Source of the DNA: a virus
Lineage: Duplodnaviria; Caudoviricetes
IMG/VR virus record: IMGVR_UViG_3300028549_001137
Span: 1-64,000 of that record
DNA length: 64,000 bases
Direction: 5' to 3' (one strand)
The translations under genes and the position numbers were made by a program. How positions within the stretch are numbered: the first letter of the stretch is position 1; each line of letters begins with the position of its first letter. Shown piece after piece: positions 16,644 to 25,900 of the stretch. The notes below the pieces were generated by a model. The model was given only the letters and a program-made list of their open reading frames with translations, was not told where the DNA came from and did no database searches.

Positions 16644-19049
16644 ATGGCAGTAACTATAACAAAAAAGTTTTGGAATGGTGCCGAATACAAGAGCATATCT
16701 AAAATTGTTTTTACTAGTCCAAACTTTACAAGTCCTTCTGTAGCAGGTACTAGATCCCATATGCCACCTGGTGGTATATATATGGGCACCTGGTTTGAGG
16801 CTGTGGATTGGTTGTATAGACAAAAACCTAATCAGAATTATGCTAATTTACCTGATGAGATGGAGTCTTTTTTCGGTAAGATGTATGTTACTGAGATGTT
16901 TGATTTTAAACACGACACTGTTATATCTGGTTATCATATGTATGGCCCGGATTATATATTTAAACAAGACACCGTATCTGATGGCTTAAATTTTACTGAA
17001 CTTAATGAGGTGTCTAGAGATTGGAGGGGTATAGTATCTGCTCCTAATGGTAATGTATACGCTTGTGTTGACTCCGGGAATATTTATAAACAGTCTTCAG
17101 GTTTAGGTAGTTTTGTTTCTCTAGCACAAACAGTTAGGGTTTGGTATGGTATGACAGCCTCACCTAATGGTGACGTGTATGCGTGTGAGAATCCTGGTAA
17201 CATTTACAAACAAACAGGAGGTACTGGCGTTTTTACCTCACTAGCACAAACAAGTAGTGCCTGGTACGGAATGGCTTCAGCAGCAAATAATAATATCTAT
17301 GCCACAGTTTATGCAGGTAATATATACAAACAGACTGGTGGGGTAGGTAATTTTGTTTCTCTTGCGCAAACAGTAAGGAATTGGACAGGCATCACTGTGG
17401 CACCTAATGGTAATGTATATGCTTGTGTATATAATGGTGATATATACATGCAGACTGCTGGGGTAGGTGCATTTGTATCTACAGGACAAACCCCAAGACA
17501 GTGGTGCGGTATTACAGCAACCCCTTCCGGGGATATATATGCGACTATTACTTATGGAGATATTTATAAGCAGGTCGGTGGTAAAGGGAGTTTTGTTGCT
17601 ATAGGGCAAACTTATAGATATTGGCGTGGTATTTCGTCTACATCTGATGGGTCTATATATGCTTGCTCTAATGGTGATATTTACAAAAAAGATAGTGGTG
17701 GCGAATATTTTAATGTTTTATATAAAGATAAAAATAACTATGGTATAATAGGAGTAGACTCTGTTGTAAGTGGCACAGGAAATACAGGTGACATAACTTC
17801 AGTAGAGATAACTTTTAGTGATACAGTAGGTAGTGGTATAATTAACGAGTGGATGTTATATACTACTAGTGGTACTATAAACACAACAGTTAGTGGGACT
17901 GCGTGTCCTGTCGGAGAGATAACAACGATAGGGCCCATAAGTGAGTACATAACGGTAATAGCAAACAACCCAGAAAATACATCTTTTAGTGGTACTATTA
18001 ATAGTGAAGGGATTGTAGGTACATTAAGTGGAACTAATGAAGAAACAGTAACTGGGGTATTTGATGGGGGTTTATACGCTGATTTTTCAGAGACTGTTAT
18101 AGCAAATGGTTTAGACACTACGATAGGTACAACTATTTCATCGCCATTTAAAATACGCATGACAGGCCATAATTATGGTACTGTTACAGGAACCTTGGAT
18201 ACTTATTTTTATGACACAGTGGGAGGTCCTGGTGATACAGTAACTACTACTGTTAGTGGCCTGGTTACTACTACAACAACTGGTTCAAGGGAGGTTGTAT
18301 TAAGTGGGATGGTAAGTGGTGATATTTTAGGTACATTGGTATCAGGAACTGGAACTACTGTTAGTAGCACTTTATCAGGTACCGTGTCCGGCCTACTTGT
18401 TGGAGATGATAGTGACAGCCAGGTAAATAGCTTAGTATCTGGTGATGTGTTACTTTACATCTATGGGAATGAATCCCTTACTGCATCTGGGACAGGGAGT
18501 TGTAATGTATCTGGTAGTGTTTGTGGTCCAATTAGTGGTGTATTAAGTAGTACTGTTTCTGGTGGGTATACTGAGCCACTTGAAGTTATATACCATCAAT
18601 ACTCAAATATTGCTGTAAATGAACACACCTATTTACCAAAACCACGTTGGCACCATGGTGGTAACTCAATTATATTTACTGTGACGTTTGGAGAAGCATA
18701 TGATTGTAGATTAACTGCTTGGGATGATGATACTCACTCTACAACACTAAATAAAGTTATTAATGAGGAACATTATAGGGTAGACGCTGTAGCGTATAGG
18801 TCTAATTTACCAAACACTGCTCATTCACCGGTTTTTAGAACAGAATCTAATTTGGTATTCCCACCAGTGTATGACATACCACTAAAGGGTAATGAAAAAT
18901 ATTATGGTGATTTTAATTTAATTTTTGCTATAGAGACGGATAACTATGGTGAGTATATATCATTTATACCTCGTTTAATAAATATGGATAACTCGTTTAT
19001 AGCTGGAAGTTACGATTTTATTACCACACTACATTACCAATACACTTAG
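16644..19049 (+). CDS. Virion protein with six-bladed beta-propeller and Ser/Thr/Gly-rich stalk
   Basis: Six ~40-aa W.G....P.G..YA....G.IYKQ..G.G.F repeats followed by a xSG-rich tract. Confidence 0.65.
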   Translation: MAVTITKKFWNGAEYKSISKIVFTSPNFTSPSVAGTRSHMPPGGIYMGTWFEAVDWLYRQKPNQNYANLPDEMESFFGKMYVTEMFDFKHDTVISGYHMYGPDYIFKQDTVSDGLNFTELNEVSRDWRGIVSAPNGNVYACVDSGNIYKQSSGLGSFVSLAQTVRVWYGMTASPNGDVYACENPGNIYKQTGGTGVFTSLAQTSSAWYGMASAANNNIYATVYAGNIYKQTGGVGNFVSLAQTVRNWTGITVAPNGNVYACVYNGDIYMQTAGVGAFVSTGQTPRQWCGITATPSGDIYATITYGDIYKQVGGKGSFVAIGQTYRYWRGISSTSDGSIYACSNGDIYKKDSGGEYFNVLYKDKNNYGIIGVDSVVSGTGNTGDITSVEITFSDTVGSGIINEWMLYTTSGTINTTVSGTACPVGEITTIGPISEYITVIANNPENTSFSGTINSEGIVGTLSGTNEETVTGVFDGGLYADFSETVIANGLDTTIGTTISSPFKIRMTGHNYGTVTGTLDTYFYDTVGGPGDTVTTTVSGLVTTTTTGSREVVLSGMVSGDILGTLVSGTGTTVSSTLSGTVSGLLVGDDSDSQVNSLVSGDVLLYIYGNESLTASGTGSCNVSGSVCGPISGVLSSTVSGGYTEPLEVIYHQYSNIAVNEHTYLPKPRWHHGGNSIIFTVTFGEAYDCRLTAWDDDTHSTTLNKVINEEHYRVDAVAYRSNLPNTAHSPVFRTESNLVFPPVYDIPLKGNEKYYGDFNLIFAIETDNYGEYISFIPRLINMDNSFIAGSYDFITTLHYQYT
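17016..17720 (+). repeat. Six tandem 120-nt (40-aa) propeller-blade repeats
   Basis: Repeat starts at 17016, 17136 ... 17616, with 120-nt periodicity read from the sequence. Confidence 0.9.
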
Positions 19050-19060
19050 TGGGTTAACAT

Positions 19061-20587
19061 ATGACATTACAGACTCAATATTTACCCACAGTCGTTATGT
19101 TGGATGGAACAACTATCTTTGACCAAGATATTGCAACTAACACTATTTATAATACTACTGATAGTGGTATAGTAGATATATTTACAGAATTTTCTTTATA
19201 TGATGCGGATAATTCAGATTTAATTGATGTAGACACGGAAGCAGTTTATTCTCCTGTATATAATGATAGTATCAACACCATTAATGAGGTTGTAACTGAT
19301 TTATTAAATGATTTTAAAATTGATTCACCTGTTTATATAACAGTATCTCCAAGAGATGGTGTTACTAAAGATAGTTTTAAAGTAGTGCTTTGGATTAGTA
19401 GTGGAAAGCATCATAAAGAGGATGATACTATAGTAACTTTTAGAGTTAATATAGGAAGGATACCTGCTACATACGATACTGAAGTTGAAATGTATATCTC
19501 AGGTACAAAATTTTATAGTTATGACACTGATTTATATTGTTCATCTGCTACTACTTCAGTAACCGATGTAAGTATTGAACAAGGTTTAGGTAGAATTTCA
19601 TCTTTATACACAGATTTAATCTCATGTGTGTTTGATATTGATAATTTAAGTACTGATGTTTATAGTACTATTATGGGTATCTCACCACCATCGTTTATTA
19701 TGCATTGTTGTACGTATTCTGGAATAACATGTTCTGGTATTGTATATCCAGGTGGCTATTTTTGTGCAGCAACATATTCTGGATTATTGGATTTGTGCAG
19801 TACGTATTCTGGTTGTGTATATGATTGCTTAGACTATTATACTAATACTTGTTCTGGAGGCCTTCCTATTGATGTGGAGGTATTGTCAGGTGGTATAGCA
19901 CAGGTTAACACAGACATTTTTAACTCTAAATTAGGTACTATTGGAGGCATCGGTACAGATTTTAAAACTAAAAGCCTCTTCATAGGAGACTTTTTTATTG
20001 ATGATAGTATGTTTACTACTGCGTCCTCTACCGCCTGGGTAGATATTGTAGATTATTTATACCCAGTAGATGTCGATAAAACAAAACTATATATAGATGA
20101 TGTGGTAGCTAGTGGTATATATTTTGAAGATATACCTAATGGTAAACGAATGTGCTATGACCCAGAAAATGATTTTTATTCAACAGGTGGTGTAACTTAT
20201 TTTATTCATTCAGAGAGTAGTATAGGAGAGGTTGAAGAAAAAGAGTTCTATTTATTGTATGGTTATGATTTAAAAATAAATGAAATTATACGCTGGCCAG
20301 TAAACACACGTGTAGTGGTGAGGGCAGAAGCAAGTAATTTAACTTTTTGTTCTAATTTAGAATCTGAGGTTTTTGATTTCACTACTGTCGATTGGCCTTC
20401 AGTGAACTTAGGATGTACAATACTTCCAGTTGGTTTTGTGGACCTACCAGTTGGGATTAGCCCTCAAAGTACTGCGTTTTTTTATGGAAAAACCTACACT
20501 GTAAAGATTCAGGGTGTTAAAGATTTTTCTGGAAATATCATGCCAGATATAGAATATTGTTTTACTATTGAGGACTTACTAAAATAG
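19061..20587 (+). CDS. Hypothetical virion protein with Cys-rich T[YC]SG micro-repeats and Ig-like C-terminus
   Basis: Contains TYSGITCSG...TYSG...TYSG...TCSG; ends YGKTYTVKIQGVKDFSGN, an SbsA-Ig-like terminus. Confidence 0.55.
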   Translation: MTLQTQYLPTVVMLDGTTIFDQDIATNTIYNTTDSGIVDIFTEFSLYDADNSDLIDVDTEAVYSPVYNDSINTINEVVTDLLNDFKIDSPVYITVSPRDGVTKDSFKVVLWISSGKHHKEDDTIVTFRVNIGRIPATYDTEVEMYISGTKFYSYDTDLYCSSATTSVTDVSIEQGLGRISSLYTDLISCVFDIDNLSTDVYSTIMGISPPSFIMHCCTYSGITCSGIVYPGGYFCAATYSGLLDLCSTYSGCVYDCLDYYTNTCSGGLPIDVEVLSGGIAQVNTDIFNSKLGTIGGIGTDFKTKSLFIGDFFIDDSMFTTASSTAWVDIVDYLYPVDVDKTKLYIDDVVASGIYFEDIPNGKRMCYDPENDFYSTGGVTYFIHSESSIGEVEEKEFYLLYGYDLKINEIIRWPVNTRVVVRAEASNLTFCSNLESEVFDFTTVDWPSVNLGCTILPVGFVDLPVGISPQSTAFFYGKTYTVKIQGVKDFSGNIMPDIEYCFTIEDLLK

Positions 20588-20595
20588 AACTATTT

Positions 20596-20625
20596 ATTTA
20601 ATAAACTAACCTTTATATTTATAGG
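20596..20625 (+). promoter_or_regulatory. Conserved 30-nt upstream motif, putative phage late promoter (copy 2)
   Basis: 27 of 30 nt identical to 15444-15473. Confidence 0.55.
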
Positions 20626-20761
20626 TGATCAAGTAACTAAATTACTGTATATCTTAATATCTTAGTATCTTAGTATGTTTGATATAAAGGGTGTTAGTAT
20701 AGAGATGATTTAAATATGATTTAAATATAAGATATACTTATTAATGGAGGTATTTTACAGT

Positions 20762-22339
20762 ATGGTGGCAAATTCAAGATGGGTTAATTACTCAGTAGAT
20801 GCTAAGGGATTAGCGGCGGATGGTAATGGAAGCGGTTGTAAAGGTAGACAAGGTTATAGTAGAGCAACCTCCCAAGTTGGGGACACATTCACTATCGGCC
20901 CAACTACAAATAGATTATATTTGTCAATTGATGGTGAGGCTGCTCCATATATCACAATGTATTTAGGGACAAATTTAGACCCTAGATTTTTGGCAAAGGA
21001 TATAACAGAGAAATTACATGAAGTAGATACAAACAATGAAAGGTGGTCTTCAGCAAGATGTGTTTGGACCAATAATAAAACTAATGGTAATTGTTTTGAA
21101 ATACATTCTGGTACTTTAGGATCATCTTCTTCAGTGATAGTTTCCACTACAGGTGAGAACTCAGGTGCTGGTATTTTGGGTTTTGGAACGGCACTTGAAC
21201 AGGGAGGTTTATCTTCTACAAACGGATTTTCTGGTACTGTGACTGTGTCTGGTACATATTATGGGTTTGTGGATGAGTTATATAAGATAGTTATCACCAA
21301 TGACTCATACGCAGGTGGTGGTACAGCTGTTAGGGGTATAGGTGTACCTACTAAAGATGTAGCAAATAGTTATGGTGGCATTATGACTACTGGTGGTGTA
21401 TTTAATGGCGGTTCTGATATTGTATATACTATTACTACAGATGTTACAAATGGAACAACCATGGGTGGAGGAACCGGTAATGTGCCTAGAATATCATGGA
21501 CTTCTACAGGCGGTGACTCTTCTACCGCTTACACAGAATTATTATACCAATCGTATTGGTATAAAATAGGGTCTTATGGGTTGATGGTGAAATTTACTGA
21601 TGCTGTGTTTAATCAGTCTGCACCGGCTTGGACTATATCATGTAAAAAACCATACTATGTTGGTGGAGTAAATGCTTCCGCCCCAATTGGGGTAGCGGAG
21701 TATGTCTGGGCCTCTGATAGAGGAGAAATGAGTTCTGTATCTACAGTCACATCATCTGGGGTTTTTACTCAATTGGGTTCTAGAGGTTTATCTATGAGAT
21801 TTGATCCTTCTGGATCTCCTGATAATTTTAACGCTGGTGATGAGTTTTATGTAATGTGTTCCGCACCTAAACCGGCAAGTTACAACATCACCAGTTTGAA
21901 TTATGGTAATGTGACAGTCAGTACTGAGTCTCCTACTAAATGTGTGATGTTTGAAATAACAAGCGGTGCGGTTGAAGTTGCCACCGTTAAATTTGGGTTA
22001 CAAAGTCATGGAACTTTTGATCACCACAATGCTGGTAATAATGATACCTATTTTAGATTCGGTACAGTAGGTCCTGAAAATACAGCAGGCTTAGCACCAA
22101 ACACCGGTATAGAGTGGTGGCCGGATTTAGTTGCGGGTGATATTGATAGTAACACACCACCTTCGTATTTATATAGTACAAAAGCTAATTTACCTGTTGT
22201 GTCTACAGCAGATGATAGTGAGAGTATAGGTAACACCGGTTTAATGAGCGACCCTATGTGGGTAGGTATTAGGTTAGGAAGTTCTGAGACAGGTGCAAAT
22301 TCTAGTGTTAATCTTAGATTATATTTTGATTATAGTTGA
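20762..22339 (+). CDS. Gly/Thr-rich virion protein (collar/sheath-associated type)
   Basis: Start moved to ATG 20762 after GGAGG; N-terminal domain shared with the ORFs at 7534 and 28865. Confidence 0.55.
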   Translation: MVANSRWVNYSVDAKGLAADGNGSGCKGRQGYSRATSQVGDTFTIGPTTNRLYLSIDGEAAPYITMYLGTNLDPRFLAKDITEKLHEVDTNNERWSSARCVWTNNKTNGNCFEIHSGTLGSSSSVIVSTTGENSGAGILGFGTALEQGGLSSTNGFSGTVTVSGTYYGFVDELYKIVITNDSYAGGGTAVRGIGVPTKDVANSYGGIMTTGGVFNGGSDIVYTITTDVTNGTTMGGGTGNVPRISWTSTGGDSSTAYTELLYQSYWYKIGSYGLMVKFTDAVFNQSAPAWTISCKKPYYVGGVNASAPIGVAEYVWASDRGEMSSVSTVTSSGVFTQLGSRGLSMRFDPSGSPDNFNAGDEFYVMCSAPKPASYNITSLNYGNVTVSTESPTKCVMFEITSGAVEVATVKFGLQSHGTFDHHNAGNNDTYFRFGTVGPENTAGLAPNTGIEWWPDLVAGDIDSNTPPSYLYSTKANLPVVSTADDSESIGNTGLMSDPMWVGIRLGSSETGANSSVNLRLYFDYS

Positions 22340-22437
22340 TTTAAATAATTACATAATAGCATATTTTAAAGAGTTTGAAGAAGCAGTAATTGATAGAAAA
22401 ACTGCAGAAACTAATTATGAGTACAGGGAGGCTTCTC

Positions 22438-22638
22438 TTGATTAAAGAGTTTGAATGTAAAAATTGTGGAGATACAATAGAAGTATGGGAGAGGTTTGAT
22501 GATGTACCTTCTTTTTGTAAAAAGTGTGGTGGAGATATGGAAAAGATCATCTCAAGGTCAAGTTTTATATTAAAAGGTTCTGGTTGGTACGCTATTGATT
22601 ATGGCGCAAAGGAAACGAGGCATAATAAGCAGGTTTAA
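22438..22638 (+). CDS. FmdB-family zinc-ribbon protein
   Basis: TTG start after GGGAGG; EFECKNCG...CKKCGGDMEKIISRSSFILKGSGWYAIDYG is the FmdB (CxxC...CxxC...KGSGWY.TDY) signature. Confidence 0.85.
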   Translation: MIKEFECKNCGDTIEVWERFDDVPSFCKKCGGDMEKIISRSSFILKGSGWYAIDYGAKETRHNKQV

Positions 22639-22649
22639 AGGAGAAGTAT

Positions 22650-22961
22650 ATGAGAAGAGGGTGGTTAGTTGAACTTAATGATGGTACTGTATTAGATGAA
22701 GATACTACTATTTGGAAAGATGTCCCAAAAATTAAAATAAAAACACTATCATTATTATATGATGGAAGGCGTTGGGATATTTCTGGAAAACAAGCTTATC
22801 TTGTTCGTAATAAAGCATCTATGGTCCCTGGGGTGTCTCAATCTTTTAGAGTAGAGCAACGTTGCATAGGCTACTATGAGGGTGCTAAAAAAATATATTA
22901 TATTGTTGAAGAAGCCACTGGTAATTTTTGTATGAAAGTTGTAGATAATGGCGAAAGTTAA
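22650..22961 (+). CDS. Hypothetical protein
   Basis: SD AAGGAG; TAATG overlap with the next gene. Confidence 0.65.
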   Translation: MRRGWLVELNDGTVLDEDTTIWKDVPKIKIKTLSLLYDGRRWDISGKQAYLVRNKASMVPGVSQSFRVEQRCIGYYEGAKKIYYIVEEATGNFCMKVVDNGES

Positions 22962-25900
22962 TGGAGAAAAAAGACGGAGTAAATAAGTGTCAATACTGGG
23001 TAATTGAGCCTTTACCATGTATATACTGGAATGACACAGACAAGGTATGTACTTATAAATTCACTGTAGGTACTAAAAATGTAGACGCACAAAAAGCTCC
23101 GTACTGTAATTTACTAGGTACCGATGTAAGATGCACTGCTTATGTATCTCCTTTTCCTGGTTCTACAAAGAATAGATGTGTTTTACCAGATCCTTCTAGG
23201 TATGTTTGTAATAGAATCACCGGTAATAACTGGGTCACATCTTCCGGCACAGCCTCTTCTGGAACAGACTCTTCATATGAAATCCTAAGTTGGGGATTTG
23301 ATAGTATAAATGGCTATAATGATGGTAATTGTGATAGTAAAGGGACAGATGTTACTTGTTCTGGCTACTCACCTTACCATGTGGGTTTTGGTACTCTTGC
23401 TCCATCAGATGAGGATATCTATGATACATTTAAAGATGGTATATATTCTATTACTAAAGAGTTTAAGTATAGATTACCTACAAACTTTGTAGTTTGCAAT
23501 ATAAGATCTAAGATTTCTAAATGTTTTTGGTGGAAGTCAGGCTCTACGGATTTTGTTGTTAATAGTGTGACCGGGATGGTAGAGTTAGAAGGTGAGTGGG
23601 CATGTACTTGTACTAAAGACACAAGTAAATATAATGATTTTGTACTATCAGATGGTGTATGGGCTAATAGCCCTCCATGTAATGGTTGTAAGCCTGAATG
23701 CCCTAATTATACTGGAGTGTGTTGGCAATACTGTATAGATGAAAAGATGGAATCAGGAGACCCTATACTTGCGGAACAAATACATGAGTTAAGGTACTAT
23801 CATAGAGAGAATCGTTGGACCGTAGAAGCCATTGCGGACATGTTTATAGATAAGGGCACTATATTTGCATGGAGTGGTATCAAGGACTCAGGTGTTTGTG
23901 AAACAGGTTTAGATGGCGCTCAGGTAGATGTGACTTGTGTACCCACCGGTTCTTCATCATTAATGGGGGAGATAAATGTAACTTTAGGTTCTAATAATTC
24001 TATAGAGGGTTATGAAATATCATCTATAAAAACAAGTATGGCCTCTTTCGATACATTCTGCGTAGATTCTGAAGAAGTGGTATTGACTGAAGGTACTGAA
24101 GTGGTTGGAGAATTACCAAATTATCCAACTTTAATAAATGAGGTTGTATTACTACCGCTTTCTATAATTATAAAAAATAACTTTGAAAAGAATAAATTCT
24201 TTGAGGTTAAACAACTATCTGATACTTCTAAAATAGCAATATATGGTAAATGTTTTTATACTGACCCCGTATATGCTATAAATATATCAGATAAAATTAT
24301 ATCTAAATATATACCAGCACAGATATTTTTATATGACTCTATCTACGATATTGAAACTGCGCTATCTACATTACAATTTGATGAATTTAGATATAGGTTT
24401 TCAGCAGTACTAAAATCTTTAGGTAGATTCTTCCCAGATAAAATAATCAGCAATACTATTTCAGAAGAGGAAGGTGTGTTTTTGTTAAATGTACCCACTT
24501 TATTCGGTGGTGATACTTGGGATGGCTCTAATAAAAACACTATTTTAGTATTCCAAAATATTGGTAATTATATAGTATATGATAAAACTACTTTTACTAA
24601 AAGAGTTGTAGGGGGTATACTCTCACAGACTGAGTTTTCTATTAGAGGAGATGGTTTAGAAGTACCATTACCATCTAATTATGAAGCTGATTTTAATGCG
24701 GTTGTTAATAAGAACGGTACTTTGGTTTTTAAGTATGTGCCTTTTGTAAGTGAAAGTATTTCATCAAACATGTTATATATGTATAATTCTTCTATGTATG
24801 AAGGGACGGATGGTACTTATATATATGGGTACGTAGACTATACTATGGAAGCTGGTAGTTTGTTAATAGATAAAGAAAATGTGGTTATTTTAGGATCAAA
24901 TGGTTATATGATAATAGATGTAGTTCATCCGTATTTAAATAATGTATTAAAACCTTGGGAAGTAGAGAAGATAGAAATCCACTTTCTTGATGACGAAGGT
25001 AATACTTCTAGTACATGTGAAATGGAAATAGTGTGTCATGGTGCATCTGGTACTATAGGTCCGCAACAATTAATTATAAAACCAAAAAATATGGGGGATT
25101 ATCATTCAGTGTGTGAGGCCTCCGCTATAGTAGTATTACAAAATATAACTTACACTGAAAGAAGGAGTTTTGATGAAAAACCTGAAGAAACTGAATTTTT
25201 AATAAAGTATAATAAAACTCCTAAAATCGATATATTGTCAAAAGGTGATTTAGTTATGGATGATAATGGTTTTACTATTCATAATTTTCAATTTACTTTT
25301 ACACCCACTGTGGTTATTACTAATAGTAAAGGAATACCGTTTACTTCATACAAAACAAAACCTATAGGAGATGTTAAACAAGTTTTTTGTCCGTCAGTTG
25401 AGATTATGTTTTCTTGGGGGGCTAATGCTATTGTTTATGATAATGATCCTTGGTGTAGGTGTTGTGGTCCATGGAAACAAATAAATATGTATTCTGTTAA
25501 TGGAACAGATTTTAGTAGTGTTGGGGCTACATCAGGTGGGCCTAAGTGTTCTGATCATCCATGGACACCATCTCAATCTTCTGGCCCTATATGGTATCCT
25601 TTTAATTCTTGCGAATCATACGCAACTTATGATCAGATTAATAACCACACTAATACTAGTATAGATATTATGGGGGTGTTCCAATTAAAGGACAGTGATG
25701 ACGCGTGGGTTCATGGCCAGCACGATATGAGATTATTAGCTGGTATAAAGAGTATGGGAAGGGAGATGTATGGTTGCGGTATTTTTGGTTGCACTTGTGG
25801 CATGCAGACAGGTAATACTAAAAGATCATCTGATCCTATATTTACAGGCTGGGGAAGAGTTTTCGGTAAAGTTCCAGATATAGAGTACGAAGAGTGGATT

